From: Verrucomicrobiota bacterium
GTDB lineage: Bacteria > Verrucomicrobiota > Verrucomicrobiia > Opitutales > Cerasicoccaceae
Length of the DNA: 64,000 bases
Direction: 5' to 3'
NCBI GenBank assembly: GCA_039818205.1
Contig: JBCBUK010000011.1
Span: 86,013 to 150,012 of the forward strand
Of this stretch, positions 37,312 to 47,933 are shown piece after piece (the first letter of the stretch is position 1; every line of letters begins with the position of its first letter). The notes beneath the pieces are model-generated. The model had not been told where the DNA came from. It saw nothing but the letters and a program-made list of their open reading frames with translations, and searched no databases. The position numbers and the translations under genes were made by a program.

Positions 37312-38067
37312 ATGAATCGAGCTATCACTGTAATTATGGCACTGTGCATGGGTGCCACTGCGTTTGCGGGGGAGGAGTTCCGCAAATTTACGAGCCAAGA
37401 TGGTCGCGAGATGCGTGCGAAAATTGTTGAATCCGGCTCTCCGGACAAAGTGACCATTCAGCATGAAAATGGGACCTTTTATCGGGACCTGAACCCGGAA
37501 ATCTTTTCCTTCCAGGATCAGCGCTACATTCGTGAATGGCGCGAGAAGCAGCGTAAATCACTGGATGAGGCTGACTTGAGCTCGGATTCCCGCATCGAAG
37601 TACGTGTCTATCGCGGACGGGATGATGACCTGAATAAATACGGCAACGTCGATGATCGCGATGTGCGCTATGAGCCGAGCGTGGTGATTGTCAATAAGGA
37701 GCTGGAGAAGTCCTATACGGGAATCCAGGGAACGGTGGTTTATGTTGGCCAAAGTGTTTTTGATCGAAAGGAGTTTAAGATTCTGAATCGACAGGAGTTC
37801 ACAATGGATGCTCCCCGGAAGAAGGAAACCGAGTGGAAGGGTGACCCGTTTCAAAACCTCTACGATGACGACGCATCGAATGGCCATGCCTTCGGCTACA
37901 AGTACGCCGGCTATCTCTTGGTGCTGAAAAACCGCGCCGGAGAAGTTGTCTTCACCAAGGGTTCCAAGGGGGATTGGGAAAACGCTCCTCAAAGCCTGAT
38001 GCAAGCGAGCCTAAGAAGCTCCTACGCAAAGAACTTTCGCCGCGTTATCAATGCTCAAGCACGCTAG
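37312..38067 (+). CDS. Secreted protein with an N-terminal SHD1-like domain
   Basis: Signal peptide; RKFTSQDGREMRAK...FSFQDQRYIREW. Confidence 0.65.
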   Translation: MNRAITVIMALCMGATAFAGEEFRKFTSQDGREMRAKIVESGSPDKVTIQHENGTFYRDLNPEIFSFQDQRYIREWREKQRKSLDEADLSSDSRIEVRVYRGRDDDLNKYGNVDDRDVRYEPSVVIVNKELEKSYTGIQGTVVYVGQSVFDRKEFKILNRQEFTMDAPRKKETEWKGDPFQNLYDDDASNGHAFGYKYAGYLLVLKNRAGEVVFTKGSKGDWENAPQSLMQASLRSSYAKNFRRVINAQAR

Positions 38068-39178
38068 GCTCATGCACCTGGCCGGTTAGCTGCTCCAGAA
38101 AAGCAGCTTCGGCCTGGTTAGCCCATTCACGAAAGGTGGTGTTGGCCTCGCGGTCTTGTTTCAGGGCATCCATGAATGCGGTTAGATCGAAGGAATCTGC
38201 GGCCATGCCGGCACCGGCCTTGACTGCGTCGATCGCGTTGCACTGCTGTTCGAAATGCCCGCCGGTCGGTCGCATCATGACCATCTTGTCGAGAAACATC
38301 GCCTCGCAAATGGACTCAAACCCGGCCGTAGCGACGAACCCTTTGCAGTTCGCCATGCGCTCGAGAAATTTGGTTCCGCTTAGGCGGTGGAAAAACAGGT
38401 TGGGTTGATATTCTTCCGTCTCTGCCGCACCTGGGCGGTCCCAAAAACCATGAATCTGCACCTCCGGATTTTTCTTCTGCCAGTTGGCGACTTCCTCGGC
38501 GTAGCCGTCATTCAGAATATAGAGCAGGATGAAATCACCTGGTCGTGGTTCTAGGTTCAGCACTTCTTGGCGCAGAAGGGGTGGCATCACAAATATCTTC
38601 CGGTCCGGCAGGTCATCCATCTTGCGGAAGGAGAGTGCAAGAAGCTTCTCCGCCCCGATCGCCGTCATCCAATTGTTGAAAAGCAACAAGGTTCGGTCGA
38701 TGACTTTGCCCTCTGGAAATTCAAACTCCGGATGGTGAAGGAGATACTGATGGCCAACGCACATGATCTTGGCGTGCTTGGGCTTGAAGAACAAAAACGA
38801 TAGCCCTGCTAGCAACTCATAGAAGTTGACGATAACGTCGGGCTTGGTCCGTCGGATACGGCGGCGGATGACGAAAAAACTCTTCAGGTAAAGGGGGAGC
38901 CGCAGGAGGTTCTTCAACACGGTGGGGCCGATCAGGATGCCACGCCGGTGGGCATCGACCACAAAGGTTGGGCTCCGAAACATGCGGACGGGTGCCTGGA
39001 TCCCTTCCTTGAAAAACTGTGGGATGTCTCGGCGGTCATTCTTGCCGACCAGGACTTGAGTCACTTCGTGCCCATTGGCTGTGAGCAGGCGTCGGAGCGC
39101 CATTGCCTGCGTGAAATGTCCACGACCTTCGCCTTGAATAATGAATACGAATTTCAGCTTTTTATCAGACACAAACAA
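38048..39178 (-). CDS. Glycosyltransferase (MJ1255/VC2487-like, GT-B)
   Basis: QGEGRGH, TAGFESICEA, GHFEQQCNA. Confidence 0.85.
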   Translation of the reverse strand: MFVSDKKLKFVFIIQGEGRGHFTQAMALRRLLTANGHEVTQVLVGKNDRRDIPQFFKEGIQAPVRMFRSPTFVVDAHRRGILIGPTVLKNLLRLPLYLKSFFVIRRRIRRTKPDVIVNFYELLAGLSFLFFKPKHAKIMCVGHQYLLHHPEFEFPEGKVIDRTLLLFNNWMTAIGAEKLLALSFRKMDDLPDRKIFVMPPLLRQEVLNLEPRPGDFILLYILNDGYAEEVANWQKKNPEVQIHGFWDRPGAAETEEYQPNLFFHRLSGTKFLERMANCKGFVATAGFESICEAMFLDKMVMMRPTGGHFEQQCNAIDAVKAGAGMAADSFDLTAFMDALKQDREANTTFREWANQAEAAFLEQLTGQVHEPSVLEH

Positions 39179-39235
39179 AGAAATATTATTAATGAATCCA
39201 ATCAGTGAGATGAATCAGCAATACACAACGGCGAA

Positions 39236-39688
39236 TTACCCACTGATTAGCAATAGGAAACCGATCGGCGTGAACACCCAATAATCGATGGGCATACCTA
39301 GCCACCAGCGCGGGGCGTGCCACCAAATATTTTCCCGTTTGAATTTCTTGAGCCCATAGGCGGGGTTGATCGCGAACCACAGAAAATCCTCCAGAACCCA
39401 AAACAAGATGTAGAAGCCCAAGGCCTTGCGCTCGAGGTCCCAGCTCCAGGGTAATCCCATGAAAAAGGGAAAATGCACCATGATCAGCATGAAAATGAGG
39501 ATCGATAAATGATAGCCGGTTAGCGGTCGTCCTCCCCAGATTGTTACGACCCATGGCTTGTCGATCTTCCAAGTTGGCAGTTTTTCGGCCCAGCCGGCGC
39601 CTTCGATGCCTTCGGTATTGATCTCGATCCAGGCGAAGGCCAAGGCGGAGACAAACAAAAAGGCCAGCAAGAATAGGAGGTCGATCAT
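39236..39688 (-). CDS. Hypothetical membrane protein
   Basis: Four hydrophobic, Trp-rich segments; same strand as the downstream glycosyltransferase. Confidence 0.65.
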   Translation of the reverse strand: MIDLLFLLAFLFVSALAFAWIEINTEGIEGAGWAEKLPTWKIDKPWVVTIWGGRPLTGYHLSILIFMLIMVHFPFFMGLPWSWDLERKALGFYILFWVLEDFLWFAINPAYGLKKFKRENIWWHAPRWWLGMPIDYWVFTPIGFLLLISG

Positions 39689-39843
39689 TTCCGGGAATTC
39701 AATTTGGGGCGACGAGTCTGCCGCAAATCAAACGATCGGGCCCATTGATACAATCGCGGAGTGCCCTCGTAACCGAAGTGTTACGTATTTGGGGCAATTT
39801 CCTATTTAGGATTGTCCACTTCCATTAGATACTATGAATTGAC

Positions 39844-40890
39844 GTGATGAATCTGCTGCTGACCGGGTGGTTTCTGCTCATTGCCCTTTCTTTGGTTTAT
39901 ATCATTTGGGATTCATTCAAGAACACCCCGACGGGTGCCGTGATGAAGCTCGCCTGGGTGTTGGTCGGAGCCTACACCGGGCCAATCGGGGCTCTGATTT
40001 ATTCCTTGTCGTGCCGAAAACCTAAAGATCGGAGCCACGATGAGTTCATTGCGCCGACCTGGAAACAGGCAACCGGTTCGCTGCTTCATTGTGTGGCTGG
40101 CGACGCAACCGGTATCATTTTGGCGGCAATTATTGTCTCGTTTTTCGGACTCCCAAACGGTTTTGATCTCATCATTGAGTATGGGGCTGCCTTTATTGTT
40201 GGTCTTCTTATTTTTCAGGCACTGTTCATGATCAGCATGTATGGTGACTATTGGTTGGCGGTGCGGAAAACCCTTTTTGCGGAAACAGTTTCAATGAACA
40301 TGGTCATGCTCGGAATGTTTCCGGTAATGTTGATTCTCAAGGAACACGTTCCTCATTCTGATAGCCCGGCTCGGCTGGAATTCTGGGGAGTCATGTCGGT
40401 GGCAACGATTGCCGCGATGATTACGGCTTATCCAATTAATTACTGGATGGTAAAGCGTGGTTTGAAGCACGGAATGATGTCGGCCAAACCCAAATCAACG
40501 AAGCCAGAATTGATACCAGTGGCTGCCGATGGGGCAGGTTCGCATGGGAGAGGCGGCGCGATGGATATGGCAATGCCTCAACCCGACGATGGCGGTGAAC
40601 ATAGGGGCCACACGATGAAGCACGACGCAATGGCACATAAGACTGGTGATCATACGGGGCACGCGATGGGGGCAAAGCCGAAGGCGTCCTCAGCGCACGC
40701 TGACATGGAGATGCCGGAGCATGGTGGTATGGATGGCCCTGTCGATAGCGGCCATGGCGAGCATAGTCGTCACGAGGCAGCGAGCTTACCGGTAGGCCAG
40801 GCGGTGGGAATCGTTTTGGGCACCTTCGCCCTGCTATTTTTGGCGATATGGTTGACCAGCTTTTTGGTTCCAATTCGCTTCTCGAACTAG
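39844..40890 (+). CDS. DUF4396-domain membrane protein with a His/Met-rich insert
   Basis: HCVAGDATG, AYPINYWMVKRGLKHGM; His/Met/Gly-rich stretch. Confidence 0.8.
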   Translation: MMNLLLTGWFLLIALSLVYIIWDSFKNTPTGAVMKLAWVLVGAYTGPIGALIYSLSCRKPKDRSHDEFIAPTWKQATGSLLHCVAGDATGIILAAIIVSFFGLPNGFDLIIEYGAAFIVGLLIFQALFMISMYGDYWLAVRKTLFAETVSMNMVMLGMFPVMLILKEHVPHSDSPARLEFWGVMSVATIAAMITAYPINYWMVKRGLKHGMMSAKPKSTKPELIPVAADGAGSHGRGGAMDMAMPQPDDGGEHRGHTMKHDAMAHKTGDHTGHAMGAKPKASSAHADMEMPEHGGMDGPVDSGHGEHSRHEAASLPVGQAVGIVLGTFALLFLAIWLTSFLVPIRFSN

Positions 40891-40930
40891 CAAACCGATT
40901 GAGTTGTTTGGTCGCTTCGCGGCGACATTG

Positions 40931-41566
40931 CTAAGCTTTTTTCTTCTGCGCGTTCAAGTGGGGGTAGGCGAGGTCTGCTGGATGCGGTAGCTTGAGGAAA
41001 TCGCAGAGCCTTGCCATGGTCTCTCCTTTACAAATGTCAACTTCGAGCAGGTCGTCTTGGCGGTCAGCGAAATAGTCGATTACGGTGCGGTGGTGGTTCT
41101 CGTAGGTCTCCGTGAACCTCGACTCATCGTACGTTGCGGAGCCGTAGAAATTTTTCCGTATTCCAAAAATATCTGGGTCCTTTGATGGTTCAGCGAAGTG
41201 CACGGAGCAACTGCGCAGCCAGCTGCTAAGTTCACGTTTGGTCAGAATGTATTTGGTTTGCGGAAAAAGGCTGTCCAATTCCCGGAAGAAATGGACGACC
41301 GAGATATCCGTGAAGCCGTCATACATACCGAACCACCACTTCCAGTCGAGCGACAGGCTTCCATCTGTCTCCACTTTATAGATGGGTGGGAAGTGGACGG
41401 TCGGAATGCCTAAATTGGCCAGAGCCACACTGAGCGATGAGGTGCCCGTCCGGCTGAGGCCCAAGCAGATGACTTTTCGGCGATCCAAGCCGCGGTCACC
41501 CAGCAATTGGTATTGGATGCGGTTTCGCACCCGTTGGGCAAAGCTGGTTGAATCGGTAGCGCTCAC
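40931..41566 (-). CDS. Sulfotransferase-family protein
   Basis: GLSRTGTSSL PAPS loop, ILTKR..SWLRS, LCDFL..P...YPHLN. Confidence 0.8.
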   Translation of the reverse strand: MSATDSTSFAQRVRNRIQYQLLGDRGLDRRKVICLGLSRTGTSSLSVALANLGIPTVHFPPIYKVETDGSLSLDWKWWFGMYDGFTDISVVHFFRELDSLFPQTKYILTKRELSSWLRSCSVHFAEPSKDPDIFGIRKNFYGSATYDESRFTETYENHHRTVIDYFADRQDDLLEVDICKGETMARLCDFLKLPHPADLAYPHLNAQKKKA

Positions 41567-41590
41567 GGAAGCCGGTGTTGGAATGGCGTG

Positions 41591-43303
41591 CTAGAACAAG
41601 TCTTTGTCGGTGACGGCGCCTTCGCTGGCGTTAGAAACAAGCTTAGCATACTTTGCCAGAATGCCGCGTTTCTCCTTCGCTGGGCGAGGTGTGTAGGCGG
41701 CCATGCGGGCATTGTATTCGTCGTCTGGGATCAAAACACTGATGCTGTTCTTCACCGCATCGATTTCGATGATGTCGCCGTCCTTAACGATGCCAATGGG
41801 CCCGCCGCAAGCTGCTTCAGGGGTGATGTGACCGACATCGAAGCCGTGGCTGCCTCCAGAGAAGCGACCGTCGGTGATGAGAGCAACTTCTTTGATGAGA
41901 CCACGCCCAGCAACCGCCGAGGTCGGAGAAAGCATTTCACGCATACCGGGTCCGCCAACGGGGCCTTCGTTGCGAATGACTACCACATCGCCGCTCACCA
42001 CGTCGCCACGCAGGATGCCCTGGAGGGCGCTTTCTTCGTCTTCGTAAACCTTGGCTGGCCCTTTGAAATAAAGTCCTTCCTTACCGGTGATCTTACCAAC
42101 GCCGCCGGTTGGTGCGAGGTTACCGCGAAGAATCCGCAGGTGGGTGTCTGGCTTGATCGGGTTATCCCATGGGCGGACAATGTCTTGCTTGTCCGGGAAA
42201 GATGGGTAGGGCTCAACGCCCTCGAGTGTTTCGGCCAGGGTTTCGCCAGAAACCGTCAGGCAATCGCCATGGAGTAGGCCCCGGTCGAGCAAGGTCTTCA
42301 TGAGCGGACGAATGCCACCGATGCGGATCATGTGGCTAACATTGTATTTGCCGAAGGGTTTCACGTCGCACATCACGGGCACGCGTTTGCCGATCTCTTC
42401 AAAATCGTCGATGCTCAAATCAATTTCGGCAGCATGGGCAATCGCGAGTAGGTGCAGGACGAGATTGGTTGAGCCACCCACAGCCATTCCAACCGTGATC
42501 GCGTTCTCAAACGCTTTACGTGTCATGATGTCCCGCGCGGTAACGCCTTTTTGGAGAAGCTTACAAACCGCTTCGCCAGCGCGTTTGCAGTCTTCGCGCT
42601 TGGGCTTGCCAATCGCTAATTGAGCCGAACTGTTAGGGAGGCTCATGCCCATTGCTTCAATCGCACTGGCCATTGTATTCGCGGTATACATGCCGCCGCA
42701 GGAACCCGGGCCGGGAATCGCACATTTCTCGACTTGTTTCAGGCCGTCGTCGTCAAGCTCGCCACGGGCGTGGCGTCCAACGGCTTCGAAGACCGATACG
42801 ATGTCCATCGCATTTTTCTCGTCTTTGTCATCCGGCGTGAAGCCTGGTAAGATTGAACCGCCGTAAACAAAAATAGATGGCCGGTTGAGGCGGGCAATCG
42901 CGATCATGCAGCCTGGCATGTTCTTATCGCATCCGCCAATCGCGACTAGGCCATCGAAGCCTTCGGCAGCAACCGCGGTTTCGATCGAGTCGGCAATCAC
43001 TTCCCGGGAAACGAGCGAGTAGCGCATCCCAGCGGTGCCCATGCTGATGCCGTCGGAGACGGTGATCGTGCTGAAATTGACTGCTTTTCCACCCGACTGG
43101 TTGACGCCCGTGGTGGTGTGTTCGGCGAGCTCGCCCAAGTGCATGTTGCAAGGGGTCAGGTCGCTGGGGGAAGACGCGATGCCCACTTGTGGTTTCTTAA
43201 AATCCTCGTCCTCAAAGCCCACGGCACGGAGCATCGAACGAGCTGGCGCGCGATCGCGCCCGTCTACCACAACAGAAGAATGCTTACGAGAAATGTCAGC
43301 CAT
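41591..43303 (-). CDS. ilvD: Dihydroxy-acid dehydratase
   Basis: PCNMHL, GGCDKNMPG, GSCGGMYTANTM, GGPGMREML, TDGRFSGG. Confidence 0.97.
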   Translation of the reverse strand: MADISRKHSSVVVDGRDRAPARSMLRAVGFEDEDFKKPQVGIASSPSDLTPCNMHLGELAEHTTTGVNQSGGKAVNFSTITVSDGISMGTAGMRYSLVSREVIADSIETAVAAEGFDGLVAIGGCDKNMPGCMIAIARLNRPSIFVYGGSILPGFTPDDKDEKNAMDIVSVFEAVGRHARGELDDDGLKQVEKCAIPGPGSCGGMYTANTMASAIEAMGMSLPNSSAQLAIGKPKREDCKRAGEAVCKLLQKGVTARDIMTRKAFENAITVGMAVGGSTNLVLHLLAIAHAAEIDLSIDDFEEIGKRVPVMCDVKPFGKYNVSHMIRIGGIRPLMKTLLDRGLLHGDCLTVSGETLAETLEGVEPYPSFPDKQDIVRPWDNPIKPDTHLRILRGNLAPTGGVGKITGKEGLYFKGPAKVYEDEESALQGILRGDVVSGDVVVIRNEGPVGGPGMREMLSPTSAVAGRGLIKEVALITDGRFSGGSHGFDVGHITPEAACGGPIGIVKDGDIIEIDAVKNSISVLIPDDEYNARMAAYTPRPAKEKRGILAKYAKLVSNASEGAVTDKDLF

Positions 43304-43421
43304 ATTCTCGCAATCTTGCTAAGCCATCAGCTCACGAGGCGAGCATAAAGTTTAGAGAAGCGAACCCGCCAAATTGCAACAACTATGCCAAGGTTATAAT
43401 ACTATCGTAATTGAAATTATT

Positions 43422-43988
43422 ATGCGATATTTCTTTCTAGCGCTTCTGTTCTGTGCGACGATTACCAGTTCCTTTGCGGTGGACTTTGAGAAGATGCGGA
43501 TGGATTTCGCGGACAAGGCGGGATACGATCCGAGTTGGCGGGCCGACCCTGAGCGGAAGGCGATCACCGACCTCTGGGACGAAGGTAAAATAGACGAAGG
43601 AATTGCGCTGGCTGAGGCCTGGCTCAAGGAGGTTCCGGTAGATATTCAGATGCGCGGCTGGCTTTCCTACTTCTATGAGCTTAAAGGCGAGTTTCCCAAA
43701 AGCATGCACCAAATGTTCATGAAAGTGGGTTTGCTCAACTCAATTACCCAATCGGGAACTGGTCTCAGTCCGGAGAGCCCCTGGGTTGTCATCTCAGTCC
43801 ATGAGGAATACGACCTGCTCGGAAGTATCGGTGCCGAGGTGCAGTCTCAAACCTTGGGGAAAACCAGCAATGGCCAGCCTTGTGATATCATGGCATGCAA
43901 GATCGGCGACGAAGACGTTACCTTTTATTTTGATGTCGCAATCTCATTTGCCGCCACGTCGAAGTTGTTGAACCCAGAGGGCGAGTAG
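43422..43988 (+). CDS. Secreted DUF4919-like protein
   Basis: Signal peptide; SGTGLSPESPWVVISVHEEY, FYFDV. Confidence 0.65.
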   Translation: MRYFFLALLFCATITSSFAVDFEKMRMDFADKAGYDPSWRADPERKAITDLWDEGKIDEGIALAEAWLKEVPVDIQMRGWLSYFYELKGEFPKSMHQMFMKVGLLNSITQSGTGLSPESPWVVISVHEEYDLLGSIGAEVQSQTLGKTSNGQPCDIMACKIGDEDVTFYFDVAISFAATSKLLNPEGE

Positions 43989-44101
43989 GATGTCAATGGG
44001 TCCCGTGCAACGCCGCAGAGGCGGAGCGCGTATTCCAACTCAGACGCCTGAGGTCGCGGAGCCTGCCAATTGTTGGCACAATCGCGCGTCTTGATGCTGG
44101 T

Positions 44102-45178
44102 CTAGTTCTCGGAAATGCGGATGACCGCGTAAGGCAACTCGACCGCTGGGCGGCCCTTGCTAAAAACGGGCGCTCGGTTGAGTTGGTTGATGGTTACCAC
44201 AACGCTGCCGTCGGGGGCGACATAGAGGCCGTCGGGCCACACCAAGCGTTCGTCCTGTAGCCAAGTTCTCGTTCCCGAGGCGTCGGCGATGTCGATCGAG
44301 CTATCGTCAATATTGGTGATATAGACGGTCCCGTTTGGTCCTACTGCGATTCCGTCGCTCGATGGTTTGGGAGCGTAGACTTCGATGGCTTCCGCGATCG
44401 CAGATTCGCCCGCGGTGAAATCTCCGATTATGGCAGCCGGCACACGGTAGATGCTACCGGGGGTCATTGTCGAAAAATAGACCCACTCGTTTTCGGGATC
44501 GATCGCGATCGGATTTAGCCCAAGGTGGATGGAATGTGTCGTTCCCTGGTCGTCGACCAATTGCATGGGCATGCCTTCGGCGATAATCGGGGTGTCCGCC
44601 GGTTGGAAAACCTTATCGCCCGAAAGGACCCGGCGCGTCGCACCCGTTTTCAGGTCGACAACGACGATCGCGGGTTCGCTGGTATCAATCATTCCGCTGC
44701 GTGACATGTCGGCGATGAAGGCGCGCTGGCGTTTCTCGTCGATCGCAAAGTCTTGGTGGAACGAGTTCGCAACGTTTGATTCCTGGGGAACAACGATCGA
44801 CGATTTCAAGACGTCATGATTGGTGTCCCACCCGAAGAGTTTTGGCGAGATTTCGTCATTTCCCATGTCGAGGATCCAAACGGTTCCGTCCTGGGTCACC
44901 TGGATACCAATCACCGATGCAAAGCCTTTCGATAGGTTTTCGTTGGGGAACGGGATCGCTTTTCCGTCCTCCAAACGCATAACTTTATACTCAGGGTTAT
45001 CGAATGGATGCATGGAAATGTAGACCGTCCCGTCGGGTGCGACGGCCGGGTTACCGGGGCGTTCCTGCAGCTCGGCGAGAACCGTCACCTCGGGCTTGGC
45101 TTCGATTTGGACGCTTCCAGCGACCAATACGGTTGTAATGGCAAGTGTGGCGGTGGTAACTCGTGAAAATGAGGTCAT
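44102..45178 (-). CDS. Major royal jelly protein / Yellow family beta-propeller
   Basis: VWILDMG, AIVVVDLKTG..RRVL, LVWPDG. Confidence 0.85.
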   Translation of the reverse strand: MTSFSRVTTATLAITTVLVAGSVQIEAKPEVTVLAELQERPGNPAVAPDGTVYISMHPFDNPEYKVMRLEDGKAIPFPNENLSKGFASVIGIQVTQDGTVWILDMGNDEISPKLFGWDTNHDVLKSSIVVPQESNVANSFHQDFAIDEKRQRAFIADMSRSGMIDTSEPAIVVVDLKTGATRRVLSGDKVFQPADTPIIAEGMPMQLVDDQGTTHSIHLGLNPIAIDPENEWVYFSTMTPGSIYRVPAAIIGDFTAGESAIAEAIEVYAPKPSSDGIAVGPNGTVYITNIDDSSIDIADASGTRTWLQDERLVWPDGLYVAPDGSVVVTINQLNRAPVFSKGRPAVELPYAVIRISEN

Positions 45179-45377
45179 GGTGATTTTAGCAGGTTGGTTT
45201 CTTAGCGTTGTATCCTACCTGAGTCGCACGATTCGGCAAATAATGTCATGCTTTTTCGAGTTATCAGAATCTTTGTGTTGTGGGAGACGTTCCCACCGCT
45301 TCCATCCAGTGAATGCCTTCGCCGATCTTTAGTGTTTCCAAACACATTGGATTGCCGATAGAGCTATCCACGCAGAT

Positions 45378-46166
45378 ATGACCAGCGATCAATTCAAATG
45401 GGTAGCGATAGTTTTGATTTTTGTGTCGGGAGTCGCCGGCGGAATGCTTCCCTGGCTTCTGAAGAAGAACGCCCGTTTTGACCTCTGGTTTTCCCTGGGC
45501 AACTCCTTCGCGGGCGGAGTTTTTCTCGGAATTGGGCTTATTCACATGCTGAGTTCAGCCGCCGATGTCTTCTCGGAGAAGATGCCTAACATGTCATATC
45601 CGATGGTTTATCTGTTGGCTGGCATCACCTTCATGCTGTTCCTGCTGATCGAACGGATTCTTCCGAAACACGACTTTGATGAGGTTCAATTGTCAGTAGA
45701 TGGTTCGAAGGAGCCCAGCCGGTTGTCGGCCTATTTGCTGTTGTTGATTTTGTCCGTGCACTCGTTCCTGGCAGGATTTGCGCTGGGAATCGAAGCCACG
45801 ATCGCCGGCGCGGTCGTTATCCTCATCGCCTTGCTGGCCCACAAATCGGTGGCCGCGTTTGCGCTGGGTATCAGCTTTTTTCGAACAGCGACGAGTTTCA
45901 TCCAGCACCTGTTTTACATCCTGCTCTTCTCGCTGTCGACGCCGGTGGGGGTCATTGCCGGGATGCTCTTCGATGAATGGATATCCGCCTCCCGCCGCGG
46001 GGCGGCCGAGGGCGTATTCTACGCGATGGCTGGCGGGACGTTCCTCTACATTGCAACCTTGGATATCTTCAGCGAAGAGTTTCTCCGGCCAACTTATCGC
46101 CAACGCAAATTCCTGGCTTCGACCTTGGGATTCGCGCTGATGGCACTCGTCGCCGTTTGGCTATAA
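45378..46166 (+). CDS. ZIP family metal transporter
   Basis: SFAGGVFLG, LSVHSFLAG, AHKSVAA, GTFLY. Confidence 0.88.
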   Translation: MTSDQFKWVAIVLIFVSGVAGGMLPWLLKKNARFDLWFSLGNSFAGGVFLGIGLIHMLSSAADVFSEKMPNMSYPMVYLLAGITFMLFLLIERILPKHDFDEVQLSVDGSKEPSRLSAYLLLLILSVHSFLAGFALGIEATIAGAVVILIALLAHKSVAAFALGISFFRTATSFIQHLFYILLFSLSTPVGVIAGMLFDEWISASRRGAAEGVFYAMAGGTFLYIATLDIFSEEFLRPTYRQRKFLASTLGFALMALVAVWL

Positions 46167-46208
46167 TGATGGTGTTTCTAACACATACTTAGGTAAGGGA
46201 TGGGCCAG

Positions 46209-46913
46209 TTATAGTTCGACCGAAGAGTTTTTCGATGGGTTGCTGGTTGTCGATCGGTTGCTGAGACGGCGATACCAGGTCATCCCGGTAAGAAGTGCGA
46301 AACCCCATGAGGATACCCAAACAGCTGGTTCGGGGATGGCGACGACCGGTGCGCCCAGGGATATGTTTAGGTTGATGATGTCGCTTGGGACGGTCCAGGA
46401 ATAGGAAGCGATTGAAATGCCCAAGCTGGCGAATGATTGGCCAACGAAGGTTGTTGTGAATGCGATCGGGTCTCCTGTCGTATATCCGGTTGGCAATAAT
46501 ACTCGCTGAGATCCGGATGTAACAATAAAGGGGGTGCCGGTAGCATTTCCAGTTGAACTACTAAAGAAGGCGCCTGGTCCATAAGAAACATGTGGCGACG
46601 TTAGTGAGTAGGTGTCAAAAATCGTTGGAAAGCTAGGTTGATTAGCAAAAACACCATTTGACGGGACAACGACTTCATTGAACGATCCAGATGGTGCGGT
46701 CTCGATGAAACTGGCTCCGGTGAGGTCAAGATCCCCCGAGCCGCTAAACACAACGTTGCTACCGCTTTCAGTAACATTGATGGTGAGCACCGCGTGAGTC
46801 GCTGAGGTGAGGAGAAGCGAACCGGTAGTTATGAACAAGACTATCTTAGGGACGGCTAAAAGTCGAGAAATGGACTGCTCGATGAATTTGAATGGTGTAT
46901 GTTCACATAGCAT
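46209..46913 (-). CDS. PEP-CTERM sorting-signal surface protein
   Basis: Signal peptide, Ser/Thr/Gly-rich body, IPEP + hydrophobic helix + RR. Confidence 0.75.
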   Translation of the reverse strand: MLCEHTPFKFIEQSISRLLAVPKIVLFITTGSLLLTSATHAVLTINVTESGSNVVFSGSGDLDLTGASFIETAPSGSFNEVVVPSNGVFANQPSFPTIFDTYSLTSPHVSYGPGAFFSSSTGNATGTPFIVTSGSQRVLLPTGYTTGDPIAFTTTFVGQSFASLGISIASYSWTVPSDIINLNISLGAPVVAIPEPAVWVSSWGFALLTGMTWYRRLSNRSTTSNPSKNSSVEL

Positions 46914-47170
46914 GTTAATTTCATATCGTAATGGATTAAAATTAACAAATCTAAGTGATGGGTTGAAACCCCTATATTTAGACTGGAAAATTGTTATCTA
47001 TTGACTGTCTGCTTCTGGTGTCCGTCATCAGAAAAACGATTGGACGTAGTCTAGCTGTTTACGACCAAGGAGCTACTGAGGCCATATGTATTGTGTTCCG
47101 TCCAGAAGCGTGATCGAAGCGACCAGAAGGATGACGACGGGAATGACCAACGGTTTTTCCGATGAAATGA

Positions 47171-47743
47171 CTAGCTGCCAATGGCTGGATTTGGACCTTC
47201 GATATCTGGCTGGGAGTTCTTGGCCTGGATGCGTTTGAGGCGGAAGTAGGCCTGGATGAGTTCGAGGCACTCCGCTTCAAGAACACCGCTGCGCACCTGG
47301 AGGCTGTGGTTGAGTGTCGGGGTCGAGTGCGCTTCGATGGCGCCGCCCAGATAGCCCATTTTGGGATCGGGGATCGCAAAGATGACCTCCTTGAAGCGGG
47401 CCATGATGGAGGCACCGGCGCACATCGGGCAGGGCTCCTTGGTCACGTAAAGCCGGCACTCATTCAACCGCCAGTCGCCGATGAAATTCGCTGCTTTAGT
47501 AATCGCGAGCATCTCAGCGTGTGCCGTTGGGTCGCGAGTGGTGTCCACGCGGTTGTGGGCAGAGGCAATGGGTTCGCCGTTCAGTTCGACAACCGCGCCG
47601 ATGGGCGTCTCGTCCGCGCGCCAGGCGTCAATCGCCTGATTGTAAGCCAGCTTCATAAAAAACACATCGTCGCGCACGAGCTGAGACGGGTAGAGCTTAT
47701 CATAGGGGCAGGGGAGCGTGGGTCGGATTTCCGGCGAGTCCAT
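47171..47743 (-). CDS. tadA: tRNA adenosine(34) deaminase
   Basis: ETPIGAV, DPTAHAE, TKEPCPMCAGA. Confidence 0.88.
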   Translation of the reverse strand: MDSPEIRPTLPCPYDKLYPSQLVRDDVFFMKLAYNQAIDAWRADETPIGAVVELNGEPIASAHNRVDTTRDPTAHAEMLAITKAANFIGDWRLNECRLYVTKEPCPMCAGASIMARFKEVIFAIPDPKMGYLGGAIEAHSTPTLNHSLQVRSGVLEAECLELIQAYFRLKRIQAKNSQPDIEGPNPAIGS

Positions 47744-47933
47744 GGATCAGGTTTCTTCGTTCGATTGGGCAGGCGCAAGGGGAAATGACCGGATTCGCCT
47801 GGAAAGGCTATCAGAAATGGTGTTAGCTGGGATAAATCCTTGACTCAAGGGGTCGGTCGGCGAAGCTGTCGCTTTCTTCTTTTTGGACCGGCATTTGAAC
47901 TCCCCCGGACCATACCCTGGAAATCAATTATTT

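Noticed and set aside
47073..47170. Short hydrophobic reading frame downstream of tadA
   Set aside because: No convincing start or RBS outside tadA; cannot be supported as a gene
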